Of a DNA stretch of 64,000 nt, positions 1-9,137 are shown one piece after another (the first letter of the stretch is position 1; the number at the start of each line of letters is the position of its first letter). The position numbers were made by a program, and so were the translations under genes. The notes under the pieces are model-generated. The model was not told where the DNA came from and ran no database searches. It was given only the letters and a program-made list of their open reading frames with translations. The DNA is from Hylemonella sp. GTDB lineage: Bacteria > Pseudomonadota > Gammaproteobacteria > Burkholderiales > Burkholderiaceae_C. Location: the NCBI GenBank assembly GCA_036846225.1, contig DAIUCJ010000005.1, positions 24,745-88,744 on the forward strand. The letters are read 5' to 3'.

Positions 1-909
1 ACCCCGCCGCAGCGCATCGTCCCTTATGTCGAAGACCGTCGCAACATACTCATCGTGCGGCCGCACCACCGCCTGGGCGTGCTGAAGGCCGAGACCCTGA
101 CCACCTTACAGTACGCGCTCAAGCGCGGTATCGAGGCGTTCTATCAGCTCGAAGAGAGCGAGCTCATGGCCGAGCCGCTGCCCACGCGCGACAACCGCCA
201 GTCCATTTTGCTGTTCGAAGCTGCAGAAGGCGGAGCTGGTGTGCTCACGCGGCTGGCCACCGAGCCCGACGCGCTGGCAGCCGTGGCCGCCAAGGCGCTG
301 GAGGTGATGCACTTCAAGGCGCCGCCGGCGGGTCAGGCCTGGCAGCGAGACAGCCTGGTTGAGGAGCTGGACTACAACGGCGAGCCGTACTGCGAGGCTG
401 GCTGCTACCGCTGCCTGCTGTCGTACTACAACCAGCCCGACCACACACTTATTGACCGCAAGGACAAGGCAGCAGGCGGCTTGTTGCTGGATATTCTTTG
501 CCGCTTGACCCAGGCCCGTACCTATCAGGGGACTCAGGGACGAGCTCCGCAAGAGCATGACGCGCAACTGGCCCGCACTGCAGGCAGTACGCTGGAACGA
601 GCCTGGCTCGACCATGTCGCCGAGCATGGCTACCGCAAGCCTGACCGCGGCCAGCACACCATTGCTGGCGCCAATGGTGATTCCGTAGCCTGCGCAGACT
701 TCTTCTACGACGACTTGAACCTGGCCGTCTTCGTCGATGGCCCGAACCACGAGACCGAGGCCCAGCGCGCGCGTGATGCCGCGATCGACCGCAAGCTGGA
801 CGAGCTGGGCTACCTTGTGGTCCGCTTCCCGAAGGAAACCGGGAGCTGGGAAGCCATCTTCAAGAACAACGCCGATCTCTTCGGGCCCGGCAAACCATCC
901 GCACCATGA
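1..909 (+). CDS. drmB: DUF1998 (MrfA-type Zn-binding) domain protein, DrmB-like, 3' fragment, with a C-terminal DUF559/Vsr-like PD-(D/E)xK endonuclease domain
   Basis: The frame is open from base 1 (TPPQRIVPYVEDRRNILIV...), so the 5' end lies outside the window. The Cys cluster CEAGCYRCLLSYYNQPDH (about 391-444) matches the DUF1998 signature. The tail (about 586-909), ADFFYDD..LAVFVDGPNHE..RD..IDRKL..LGYLVVRF, fits the DUF559/Vsr endonuclease pattern. The stop overlaps the next start (ATGA at 906-909). Confidence 0.6.
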   Translation, partial: TPPQRIVPYVEDRRNILIVRPHHRLGVLKAETLTTLQYALKRGIEAFYQLEESELMAEPLPTRDNRQSILLFEAAEGGAGVLTRLATEPDALAAVAAKALEVMHFKAPPAGQAWQRDSLVEELDYNGEPYCEAGCYRCLLSYYNQPDHTLIDRKDKAAGGLLLDILCRLTQARTYQGTQGRAPQEHDAQLARTAGSTLERAWLDHVAEHGYRKPDRGQHTIAGANGDSVACADFFYDDLNLAVFVDGPNHETEAQRARDAAIDRKLDELGYLVVRFPKETGSWEAIFKNNADLFGPGKPSAP

Positions 910-3773
910 ACGCACCTTTGCTCGAGTTCCTCCCCGGAAGCCTTGTTTCGGCCCGCGGGCGTGAATGGATCGTCCTGCCCGAGTCCGACCAGCAGACTTT
1001 GCGCCTGCGCCCCCTTGGGGGTGGCGAGCGCGACGAAACGCTTGTCTACCTGCCGCTCGAGCGCCAGCCCGTTCAACCTGCGACTTTCCCCTGGCCAACC
1101 ATCGACCAAGCGCGCAACCACTCGGCCAGCCAGATGCTGCTCGATGCCTTGCAGCTCAAGCTGCGCAGCGGCGCGGGGCCATTTCGCAGCTTCGGCAACA
1201 TCGCCGTGGAGCCCCGCGCCTACCAGCTCGTGCCGCTGCTGATGGCCCTGAAGCTCCCAACGGTGCGCCTGCTGATTGCCGACGACGTGGGCATCGGCAA
1301 GACCATCGAAGGCGCCCTGATTGCGCGCGAGCTGCTCGACCGTGGTGAAATTCAGCGTTTTACCGTGCTGTGCCCGCCGCACCTGTGCGAGCAGTGGCAG
1401 CATGAGCTGGCCAGCCGCTTCCATATCCCGGCGGTCGTCGTCCGCTCCAACACCGCCGACCGGCTCGAGCGCGAGCTTCCGCCCGGGGCCTCGCTGTTTG
1501 ACGCCCATCCCTTCACCGTGGTGAGCCTGGACTACATCAAGTCCGAGCGCCGCCGCGAGGCCTTCCAGCGCTTCTGCCCGGAGTTCGTCATCGTCGATGA
1601 GGCGCACACCTGCACCCAGGCCGGTCAAGGCCGGCAGCAGCGCTACCAACTGCTCAAAGGCCTGGCCGCCCAGCCAGACCGGCATCTGGTGCTGCTGACC
1701 GCCACCCCGCATAGCGGCGATGAGGAGGCCTTTTTCAACCTGCTTGGCCTGCTGCGGTCTGAATTCACCCAACTCAAAGATCTGCCACCGGGCCAGCGCA
1801 GTGAGCTGCGCGAGGCCTTGTCGCGCCACTTCGTGCAGCGCCGCCGCCCCGACATTGCCGAATGGCAGGACACCTCGATGTTCCCGGAACGCAAGTCGGC
1901 GGAAATCACCTACCGGCTGACCGGCGCCTGGGGGCAGCTGTTCAACAACGTGCTGGCCTATGCCCGCGAGCTGGTGGAGCGCTCCGAGGGCCAAGGCCTG
2001 CGCGAACAGCGCATGAACTGGTGGGCGGCCCTTGCGCTGCTGCGCTGCATCTCGTCGTCCCCGGCGGCCGCCGTCAACGCCCTGCGCACCCGCCTGCTCG
2101 GCGTTCATGGCCAGGCCCAGGCAGCCGATACCGTATCGCTCGAAGAATTCGAAGCCCAGGCCGCCGACCGGGTGCTGGACGGCACCGAAGACGCCCTGTC
2201 CACCGACGACATGGAACCCGGCGCCCAAACCGAAGACAGCCTGCGTCTGCAAGAGCTGATGGCCAGCGCCCAAGCCCTGGCCGGCCAGCAGAACGACCCC
2301 AAGCTTGCCAGGCTGCAGGAGCATCTGGCCGTCCTGCTCAAGGACGGATTCCAGCCGGTCGTGTTCTGCCGCTACATCGCCACCGCACACTATCTGGCGG
2401 CCGCGCTGCAAGAGACCTTCAAGTCGGCAACGGTCAAGGCCGTGACCGGCGAGCTCACTCCCGACGAGCGCGAAGCCGCCGTTGAATCGTTGGGCGAGAG
2501 CGACACACGCATCCTGGTTGCCACCGACTGCCTGTCTGAAGGCATCAACCTGCAGAGCCTGTTTACGGCGGTGGTCCACTACGACCTGAGCTGGAACCCC
2601 ACCCGCCATGAGCAAAGGGAAGGGCGGGTGGATCGCTTCGGCCAGAAAGCCCGCGAGGTCCGCAGCACCATGCTCTACGGCGAGGACAATCCCGTGGACG
2701 GCGCCGTTCTGCAGGTCATCCTGCGCAAGGCCGAGAGCATCCGCAAGGAGCTGGGCGTGCTCGTGCCCATGCCCGACGACGAGGGCAAGCTCACCCAGGC
2801 CCTGATGAACGCGGTGCTGCTGCGCAAGGGAGCGCCGCTCAATGCGCAGTCGCAGCTCGACCTGTTCGGCGAGCCGGCCAAGGCCATAGACCTGGCCTGG
2901 CAAAGCGCGAAAGAGAAGGCCAAGCAGAACCGCAGCATCTTTGCTCAGCGCCGCTTGAAGCCCGAAGACGTGCTGCCCGAGTGGCGCAAGACGGCCGCCG
3001 TCCTGGGCGGTGAAGCCGACGTGGAGCGCTTCGTCCGCCGCGCAGCCGCCCAACTTGGCGCGCCGCTGCAAGCGGTGAATTCGGGGGCAGGGCAGCACTT
3101 CAAGCTGTTGACCGAGCACCTGCCTGCTGCGGTCCGGGAACGCCTCGCCGTCGAAGGCATTTCCGGCACGCTGCGCATCGACTTCCACCAGCCTGCCGCG
3201 CAGGGCGCCACCTTCATCCACCGCACGCACCCGCTGGTGGCTGTGCTGGCCGACACCTTGCTGGAGCAGGCGCTAGATGCCACAGTGGCCAGCGACGACG
3301 CAGCCGCCGTGGCCCGCGCCGGTGCCGCCTTCGTCGGCGCCGTCAGCCTCAAGACCACGGTGCTGCTGCTGCGCATACGCCATCAGCTCACGGTAACCCA
3401 CGGCAAGTCCACCCGCCTGCTGATGTGCGAAGAGGCGGTGGCCGTGGCTGCCGCAGGCTCTGACGCCTTTGCCGAACTCACTCCTGAGCGGACTCGCCAG
3501 CTGCTCGGCGCCGAGGCTACCCGCAACATGCCCGCCCCGCTGCGCGACCGCCAGCTCCAGGCCGCGCTCGATGCCCTGCCCGGCTGGCAGCCCCAGCTCG
3601 AAGCCATCGCCAAAGCCCGCGCCCAAGCCTTGCTGGCCGACCACCGCCGCGTGCGCGAAGCAGCCGAGGGCCGCGGCAGCTACCAGGTAACCGCCAGCCT
3701 GCCGGTGGACGTGATGGGTCTGTATGTGCTGCTGCCCGACACGGGCGCTGCCAACAACGCCGTGGGAGCCTGA
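906..3773 (+). CDS. drmD: SNF2-family (SF2) helicase, DrmD-like
   Basis: 955-aa ORF with SNF2 motifs: DDVGIGKT (I), VIVDEAHTC (II), LLLTATPHSG (III), VATDCLSEGINLQ (V) and HEQREGRVDRFGQ (VI). It sits between a DUF1998 gene and a large adenine methyltransferase. Confidence 0.75.
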   Translation: MNAPLLEFLPGSLVSARGREWIVLPESDQQTLRLRPLGGGERDETLVYLPLERQPVQPATFPWPTIDQARNHSASQMLLDALQLKLRSGAGPFRSFGNIAVEPRAYQLVPLLMALKLPTVRLLIADDVGIGKTIEGALIARELLDRGEIQRFTVLCPPHLCEQWQHELASRFHIPAVVVRSNTADRLERELPPGASLFDAHPFTVVSLDYIKSERRREAFQRFCPEFVIVDEAHTCTQAGQGRQQRYQLLKGLAAQPDRHLVLLTATPHSGDEEAFFNLLGLLRSEFTQLKDLPPGQRSELREALSRHFVQRRRPDIAEWQDTSMFPERKSAEITYRLTGAWGQLFNNVLAYARELVERSEGQGLREQRMNWWAALALLRCISSSPAAAVNALRTRLLGVHGQAQAADTVSLEEFEAQAADRVLDGTEDALSTDDMEPGAQTEDSLRLQELMASAQALAGQQNDPKLARLQEHLAVLLKDGFQPVVFCRYIATAHYLAAALQETFKSATVKAVTGELTPDEREAAVESLGESDTRILVATDCLSEGINLQSLFTAVVHYDLSWNPTRHEQREGRVDRFGQKAREVRSTMLYGEDNPVDGAVLQVILRKAESIRKELGVLVPMPDDEGKLTQALMNAVLLRKGAPLNAQSQLDLFGEPAKAIDLAWQSAKEKAKQNRSIFAQRRLKPEDVLPEWRKTAAVLGGEADVERFVRRAAAQLGAPLQAVNSGAGQHFKLLTEHLPAAVRERLAVEGISGTLRIDFHQPAAQGATFIHRTHPLVAVLADTLLEQALDATVASDDAAAVARAGAAFVGAVSLKTTVLLLRIRHQLTVTHGKSTRLLMCEEAVAVAAAGSDAFAELTPERTRQLLGAEATRNMPAPLRDRQLQAALDALPGWQPQLEAIAKARAQALLADHRRVREAAEGRGSYQVTASLPVDVMGLYVLLPDTGAANNAVGA

Positions 3774-3777
3774 CGCC

Positions 3778-6700
3778 ATGGCCAAACGACTCACCCACCA
3801 GCTGGCCTACCGCGCCATCGCAATCGTTGGCGGGCTCATCCCCGCTGAAGAGCTCACCCGCCTGACCCTGCTGGCCGACCCCAAAGCCACCGAGCAGACC
3901 GAAAGCCACTACGGCATCCCCAAAGGCCTGAAGCTGCGCGACGAAATCGCCCGCGACTTCAAGATTGCCCTCAACCTCTGGCAAGACTTCCAGGCCCTGC
4001 GCCAGCGGCGGGACGTATCCGCCCACGAAGTCACCGTGCGCGAGTGGCTGCTGCCGCTGCTGCGCGACGTGCTGCACTTTCACGACGCTGCCCGCTGCCC
4101 CGCCATCGAGAAAGCGGGCCACCAGTACGCCGTGGGCCATGCCGGCAACGGTGGCCGCGTGCCGCTGGTGTTCGCGGGCTTTGACGAACCGCTGGACGCC
4201 GCCGCCGAGCGCTTTGGCGAGACCAACCCCGACACCGGTCGCACCCGCCGCCGCAGCCCCTTCATGCTGGCGCAGGAGGCGCTCAACGCCAGCGACGCAT
4301 CGCTCTGGGCCATCGTGAGCAACGGCTTGCAGCTTCGCATCCTGCGCGACAACCCGAGCCTCACGCGCCCCGCCTACATCGAGGTGGACCTGGAAGCGCT
4401 CTTCAACGAAGAGCTGCTGGCCGACTTCAGCGCCTTCTGGCTGCTGGCCCACGCCAGCCGCTTTGGCGCAGCCGATTCGCCGCCCAGCGACTGCCCCTGG
4501 GAGCGCTGGCGCTCGGCTGGCCAGCAGGCCGGCATCGCGGTGCGAGGGCAACTGCGCTACCAGGTGGCCGAGGCGCTGCGGGCGCTGGGCACCGGCTTCC
4601 TCAGCAACCCCGCCAATGGCGCCCTTCGCGCCGCTTTGCAAGATCCGGCCAGCGGCTACGACCGGCAGGCCTTCTTCGAAGAGCTGCTACGGCTGGTGTA
4701 CCGCCTCATCTTCCTGGCCACTGTGGAAGACCGCCGTGACCGCGGCACGGGCGAGCGCCTGGTCTTCACGCCGGACGCCGCCGACGATGCCAAGGCCCGG
4801 TATCTCGCCGGCTACTCCATGACCTGGCTGCGCGAGCGGGCCGTGCGCCGCAGCCAGCACGACCGCCATGCCGACCTCTGGCAGGCGCTCGTCATCACCT
4901 TCGGCGCCCTGGCCCGCGGCGAGCCCGCATTGGGCCTGCCGGCGCTCGGCGGCCTGTTCGACGCCGACCAGTGCCCGCGCCTGGACGCCGCACACATCGA
5001 AAACCGCCACCTGCTGGCAGCCGTGTTCCAGCTCGGCTGGTTCCGCGCTGAAGGGGGGCTCTCGCGCGTGAACTACCGCGACATGGGCCCCGAAGAGCTG
5101 GGCAGCGTCTATGAAAGCCTGCTGGAGCTCGTGCCCGACCTGCAGGGCCTTGCCTCGCCCGTCACGGCGCGCTTGGCGTTTGTCGGCGACGAACAGACCG
5201 AAGCCAGCACCAAGGGCAACACGCGCAAGCTCACCGGCAGCTACTACACCCCGGACAGCCTGGTGCAGGAGCTCATCAAGAGCGCGCTGGAGCCCGTCAT
5301 CGCACAGACGGTCAAGGCAAATCCAGAACGTCCCGTCGAGGCGCTGCTGTCGCTCACCATCTGCGACCCCGCCTGCGGCAGCGGCCACTTCCTGCTGGCT
5401 GCCGCGCGCCGCCTGGCCGACGAGGTGGCGCTGCACCGCGCCGCTGCCGAGCGCGAGGGTGGCGCCCCCACGCCCGCCGACTACCGCCACGCCCTGCGCG
5501 ACGTGGCCAGCCGCTGCATCTACGGGGTGGACAAAAACCCCATGGCCATCCAGCTCGCCAAGACCGCGCTGTGGCTGGAGGCCTACTCGCCTGACCGGCC
5601 GCTCTCTTTCCTCGACCACCACCTGCGCGTGGGCGATGCGCTGCTGGGCGTGCTCGACCCCAAGGTGCTTGCGCACGGCATCCCGGATGAGGCCTACACC
5701 GCCCTCTCGGGCGACGACAAGGCCGTGGCCAGCGCGCTGAAAAGGCAGAACAAGGCCGACCTCGCGAGCTGGCGTCAGATGGCCGGTGGCGACCTGCTCA
5801 CCCAGGCGGGCCTGGCCGCGCAGGCGGTCAGCGTGGAGCAGCTCGCCGACGACACCCCCGAGCACCTGGCCGCCAAGCGCCGGGCCTGGGCGCAGGCCGA
5901 GGCCGAGACGCGGCGCAGCACTTTCGCCCGCCTGGCCGACCTGTACGTGGCCGCCTTCCTCGCGCCCAAGGCAGGCGGCACGCAGGACACCGTGCCGCTG
6001 TCGGGCTACCTGTGGCGCGTGCTCAGCGGCCAGGCGCCGAAGGCTGCCGTGGAAGACACCGCCCAGGCCCTGTGCCGCCAGCACAGCGTCTTCCACTGGT
6101 GGCTGGCCTTCCCGCAGGTGGCCGCGCGCGGTGGCTTCGACGTGATGCTCGGCAACCCGCCGTGGGAGCGCATCAAACTGCAGGAGGAAGAGTTCTTCGC
6201 CACCCGCAGCCCGCTGGTGGCCCAGGCCCGCAACAAAGCCGAGCGCGCCCAGCGCATCCAGTGGCTGCGCGAAGGGGTGCTGCTGCACCGCGTCAACCCC
6301 GATCTTGAGCGCGCTGAAGGGCTTACACCGCCCAACCGGGCTGAGATGGCGCTGTACGCCAGCTTCATTGCCGCGCGACGAGGGGCGGAGGCCGCCAGTC
6401 TGTATGCCCACGACGGTCGGCGCTACCCGCTCACCGGCGTGGGCGACGTCAACACCTACGCCCTCTTTGCCGAGACCTTCCTGCAAGCCACCGCCCCCAC
6501 CGGGCGCGCGGGCTTCATCGTGCCCACCGGCATCGCCACCGACGACTCCACCAAAGCCTACTTCGGCCACATCGCCAGCAGCGCCCGGCTGGTGAGTCTC
6601 TTCGACTTCGAGAACAGCGAGGCGGTCTTCCCTGCCGTCCACCGCAGCTACAAGTTCTCGCTGCTCACGCTCGGCGCCGCGCCGCAGGCCGAGTTTGTGT

Positions 6701-8277
6701 GCTTTGCCACGCAGGTGGCGCAGCTGGCCGACCCGCGCCGCCGCTTCACCCTCGCGCCCGAGGACTTCGCCCTCATCAACCCCAACACCCGCACCTGCCC
6801 GGTCTTTCGCAGTGAGCGGGACGCCGAGCTCACGAAGAAGCTCTACCGCGCCGCCCCGGTGCTCATCCGCGAGGCCGTGGTCGATGCCGAGGGCCGGGTG
6901 CTCGCGCCCGAGGTCAATCCGTGGGGCATTCGCTTTCAGGCGATGCTCCACATGTCCAACGACAGCGGCCTGTTTCACGACGCCCCTGCCGCGCCGGGTC
7001 AGTCCCGGCGGCTGCCGTTGTACGAGGCCAAGATGATTCACCAGTTCGACCACCGCTGGGCGACCTATGTGGATGCGCAGGACAAGCCGGGCGGCGTGGA
7101 CACGGCCGACGTGAGCGCGGCGCAAAAGGCCGACCCCGCCTACACCGTGCGCCCGCGCTACTGGGTGGACGAGCGCGAGGTGCTCGCGCGCATCGCCCGC
7201 GTGCCTGCCCGCGTGGCGCGTGCGTGGCTCACCCTGCACGCCGCGCGCGGGTCGGGCGATGCCGCTGCGCAGGACAGTGCGCAGGCCGAGCTGCTGCTGG
7301 CCCTGGCCCAGTGGGTGGCCGGCGACTTGTTCCACGCCGCCGCCGGCCCCGCCCCCAGCCCGGCGGGCTGGAGCCCACAACAGGCCCAGCGCCACGTGGC
7401 CGCGGTGGAGCAGGGGCTCAAGGCCCGCTTTGCGCGGCTGCATGTCGCCCTGCGCGCCGAGGGCCTGACCACGCGCAAAGCCTTGGCCGACTTCCCCAAG
7501 TGGGCGCAGCAGAACGGTGACGTGCGCCTGGCCGACGAGGAGCTCGCCGCGCTGGCCCAGGCGCTGCAAGCCCCCGCCAGGCTGGATGCGCTGCAGACGC
7601 TGCTGGACGACTGGATGGACCGTAAAAGCCCGCGGTGGATGCTGGTGATGCGCGGTGTCGCCCGTGCAACTGACGAACGAACTTTTATCAACGCGGTAGT
7701 TGAACGCTCCGCACTCGGTAACAGTGCGCCACTCTTTCAATTGCCGGCGACCACTGCCGCGCCACTGGCTGCAAGCCTTTTAGGCTCACTCAACAGTCTC
7801 GTCGCGGACTTCGCAGCGAAATCCAAGGTTGGCGGCATCAACATGAACTTCTTTCTCGTAAAGCAGTTCCCAGTCCTCCCCCCCTCCCGCTACACCCCCG
7901 CCGACCTCGCCTTCATCGTCCCGCGCGTGCTGGAGCTCACCTACACCGCGCACGACCTGCGGGCTTGGGGCGAGGACCTCGCCGCCTACGACCCCCGCCC
8001 CGTAGCCGACCAAGGCCGCCCTTTCGCTTGGGACCCCGAGCGCCGCGCGCAGCTTCGCGCCGAGCTCGATGCCTGCTACGCGCGCCTGTACGGCCTTACC
8101 CGCGACGAGCTGCTCTACATCCTCGACCCCGCGGATGTGATGGGCGAGGACTACCCCAGCGAAACCTTCCGCGTACTCAAGGAGAGCGAGATTCGCGCCT
8201 ACGGCGAGTACCGGACGCGGCGACTGGTGCTGCAGGCTTGGGATGAACTGCATCCGCTGGGACCGAGGGCCTCATGA
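3778..8277 (+). CDS. drmMI: Large Eco57I-type (gamma-class) N6-adenine DNA methyltransferase, DrmMI/PglX-like, 1499 aa
   Basis: SAM motif I ICDPACGSGHFLLAAARRL (about 5359-5415) and catalytic motif IV GNPPWERIK (NPPW at 6154-6165). The downstream LYEAKMIHQFDHRW block is typical of this family. ATG at 3778 lies 4 nt after the drmD stop; the alternative upstream ATG at 3724 would overlap drmD. Confidence 0.8.
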   Translation: MAKRLTHQLAYRAIAIVGGLIPAEELTRLTLLADPKATEQTESHYGIPKGLKLRDEIARDFKIALNLWQDFQALRQRRDVSAHEVTVREWLLPLLRDVLHFHDAARCPAIEKAGHQYAVGHAGNGGRVPLVFAGFDEPLDAAAERFGETNPDTGRTRRRSPFMLAQEALNASDASLWAIVSNGLQLRILRDNPSLTRPAYIEVDLEALFNEELLADFSAFWLLAHASRFGAADSPPSDCPWERWRSAGQQAGIAVRGQLRYQVAEALRALGTGFLSNPANGALRAALQDPASGYDRQAFFEELLRLVYRLIFLATVEDRRDRGTGERLVFTPDAADDAKARYLAGYSMTWLRERAVRRSQHDRHADLWQALVITFGALARGEPALGLPALGGLFDADQCPRLDAAHIENRHLLAAVFQLGWFRAEGGLSRVNYRDMGPEELGSVYESLLELVPDLQGLASPVTARLAFVGDEQTEASTKGNTRKLTGSYYTPDSLVQELIKSALEPVIAQTVKANPERPVEALLSLTICDPACGSGHFLLAAARRLADEVALHRAAAEREGGAPTPADYRHALRDVASRCIYGVDKNPMAIQLAKTALWLEAYSPDRPLSFLDHHLRVGDALLGVLDPKVLAHGIPDEAYTALSGDDKAVASALKRQNKADLASWRQMAGGDLLTQAGLAAQAVSVEQLADDTPEHLAAKRRAWAQAEAETRRSTFARLADLYVAAFLAPKAGGTQDTVPLSGYLWRVLSGQAPKAAVEDTAQALCRQHSVFHWWLAFPQVAARGGFDVMLGNPPWERIKLQEEEFFATRSPLVAQARNKAERAQRIQWLREGVLLHRVNPDLERAEGLTPPNRAEMALYASFIAARRGAEAASLYAHDGRRYPLTGVGDVNTYALFAETFLQATAPTGRAGFIVPTGIATDDSTKAYFGHIASSARLVSLFDFENSEAVFPAVHRSYKFSLLTLGAAPQAEFVCFATQVAQLADPRRRFTLAPEDFALINPNTRTCPVFRSERDAELTKKLYRAAPVLIREAVVDAEGRVLAPEVNPWGIRFQAMLHMSNDSGLFHDAPAAPGQSRRLPLYEAKMIHQFDHRWATYVDAQDKPGGVDTADVSAAQKADPAYTVRPRYWVDEREVLARIARVPARVARAWLTLHAARGSGDAAAQDSAQAELLLALAQWVAGDLFHAAAGPAPSPAGWSPQQAQRHVAAVEQGLKARFARLHVALRAEGLTTRKALADFPKWAQQNGDVRLADEELAALAQALQAPARLDALQTLLDDWMDRKSPRWMLVMRGVARATDERTFINAVVERSALGNSAPLFQLPATTAAPLAASLLGSLNSLVADFAAKSKVGGINMNFFLVKQFPVLPPSRYTPADLAFIVPRVLELTYTAHDLRAWGEDLAAYDPRPVADQGRPFAWDPERRAQLRAELDACYARLYGLTRDELLYILDPADVMGEDYPSETFRVLKESEIRAYGEYRTRRLVLQAWDELHPLGPRAS

Positions 8278-9137
8278 CCGCTTCGGTCGCTGATGACGCC
8301 ACCAAGGTGAAGTTGGGCACGACTGGTGCGCCGCCAACCTATCTGAGCCATCTGAAGCCAGTCGATGAACTGTCGCTCGCCACCGGCGAGAGGTGCCAGG
8401 TCTGGGAGCTTGCAGTACCTAAGGACGATGCTTGCCTCAGCGAATGGGCCTGCAGGTTCCGGCAGTGTTACTGCCCGGATAGTCAGCTCGACCTACTTCG
8501 CGAAGGCACCGGAAAGACCCGAGCAGAGTACCTGCTTGAGCTCGTGTTTCCGGACCAAAGCAAAGCACCCGGGCCCGGGGTTCGCTCGGGCGACTTTGCA
8601 GAGCTGCTGATAGCTGACTTCGTCGAGTTTCTGCTCGGCTACTGGGTGCCCCGCGGGAAGTACGCGGAAAAGGGAAGCCGCAACGAGTCCGTCAAGGGGG
8701 TCGATATCGTCGGCTTTAAGTGTCCGAACGCCGAGCAACCGAACCCGAGCGATGAGCTGCTGACCTTCGAAGTGAAGGCACAGCTGCGGGGAGGCAAATA
8801 CGACGAGCGTCTCCAAGTAGCGGTCGATGACTCCGCAAAGGACTACCTGCGTGCTGGGGAGACGCTCGCTGCGATGAAGCGCAGGCTTCTGAACATGGGG
8901 GACAGCAGTGCCGCAAAGGTCGTGCAGCGCTTTCAGAATGCAGCCGACCGGCCGTACCTCCTCCTATCCGGCGCTGCAGCCGTCCTGTCGGACGACGCGT
9001 TCGATGCGGCGGGGCTTTCCAAGACTTCTACCGCGAAGCACAACAATGCGCGGGGCTTGCGACTCGTGGTTGTCAAGGGGGAGGGTCTGATGGACCTTGC
9101 CCACGCGCTTTATCAGAGAGCTGCCGATGAGGCCTGA
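8274..9137 (+). CDS. hamA: HamA-like (DUF1837-type) putative PD-(D/E)xK effector of a Hachiman-like system
   Basis: 287-aa ORF with a nuclease-like D..ExK pattern (KGVDIVGF ... LLTFEVKAQL). It sits immediately upstream of, and overlaps, a ~1045-aa DExH helicase, which is the Hachiman/AbpAB architecture. The start overlaps the methylase stop (ATGA at 8274-8277). GC is visibly lower than in its neighbours. Confidence 0.55.
   Translation: MTASVADDATKVKLGTTGAPPTYLSHLKPVDELSLATGERCQVWELAVPKDDACLSEWACRFRQCYCPDSQLDLLREGTGKTRAEYLLELVFPDQSKAPGPGVRSGDFAELLIADFVEFLLGYWVPRGKYAEKGSRNESVKGVDIVGFKCPNAEQPNPSDELLTFEVKAQLRGGKYDERLQVAVDDSAKDYLRAGETLAAMKRRLLNMGDSSAAKVVQRFQNAADRPYLLLSGAAAVLSDDAFDAAGLSKTSTAKHNNARGLRLVVVKGEGLMDLAHALYQRAADEA

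Noticed and set aside
810-3230. 806-aa ORF on the minus strand opposite the SNF2 helicase gene
   Set aside because: It lies entirely antisense to an ORF with a full set of SNF2 motifs. The translation is Arg/Ala/Gly/Leu-rich low-complexity sequence with no recognisable motif. This is a typical stop-codon-poor antisense frame in high-GC DNA.
4687-7740. 1017-aa minus-strand ORF opposite the methyltransferase gene
   Set aside because: Same reasoning. It is antisense to a gene with clear SAM-binding and NPPW motifs, and its composition is dominated by A/G/R/P/V with no motifs.
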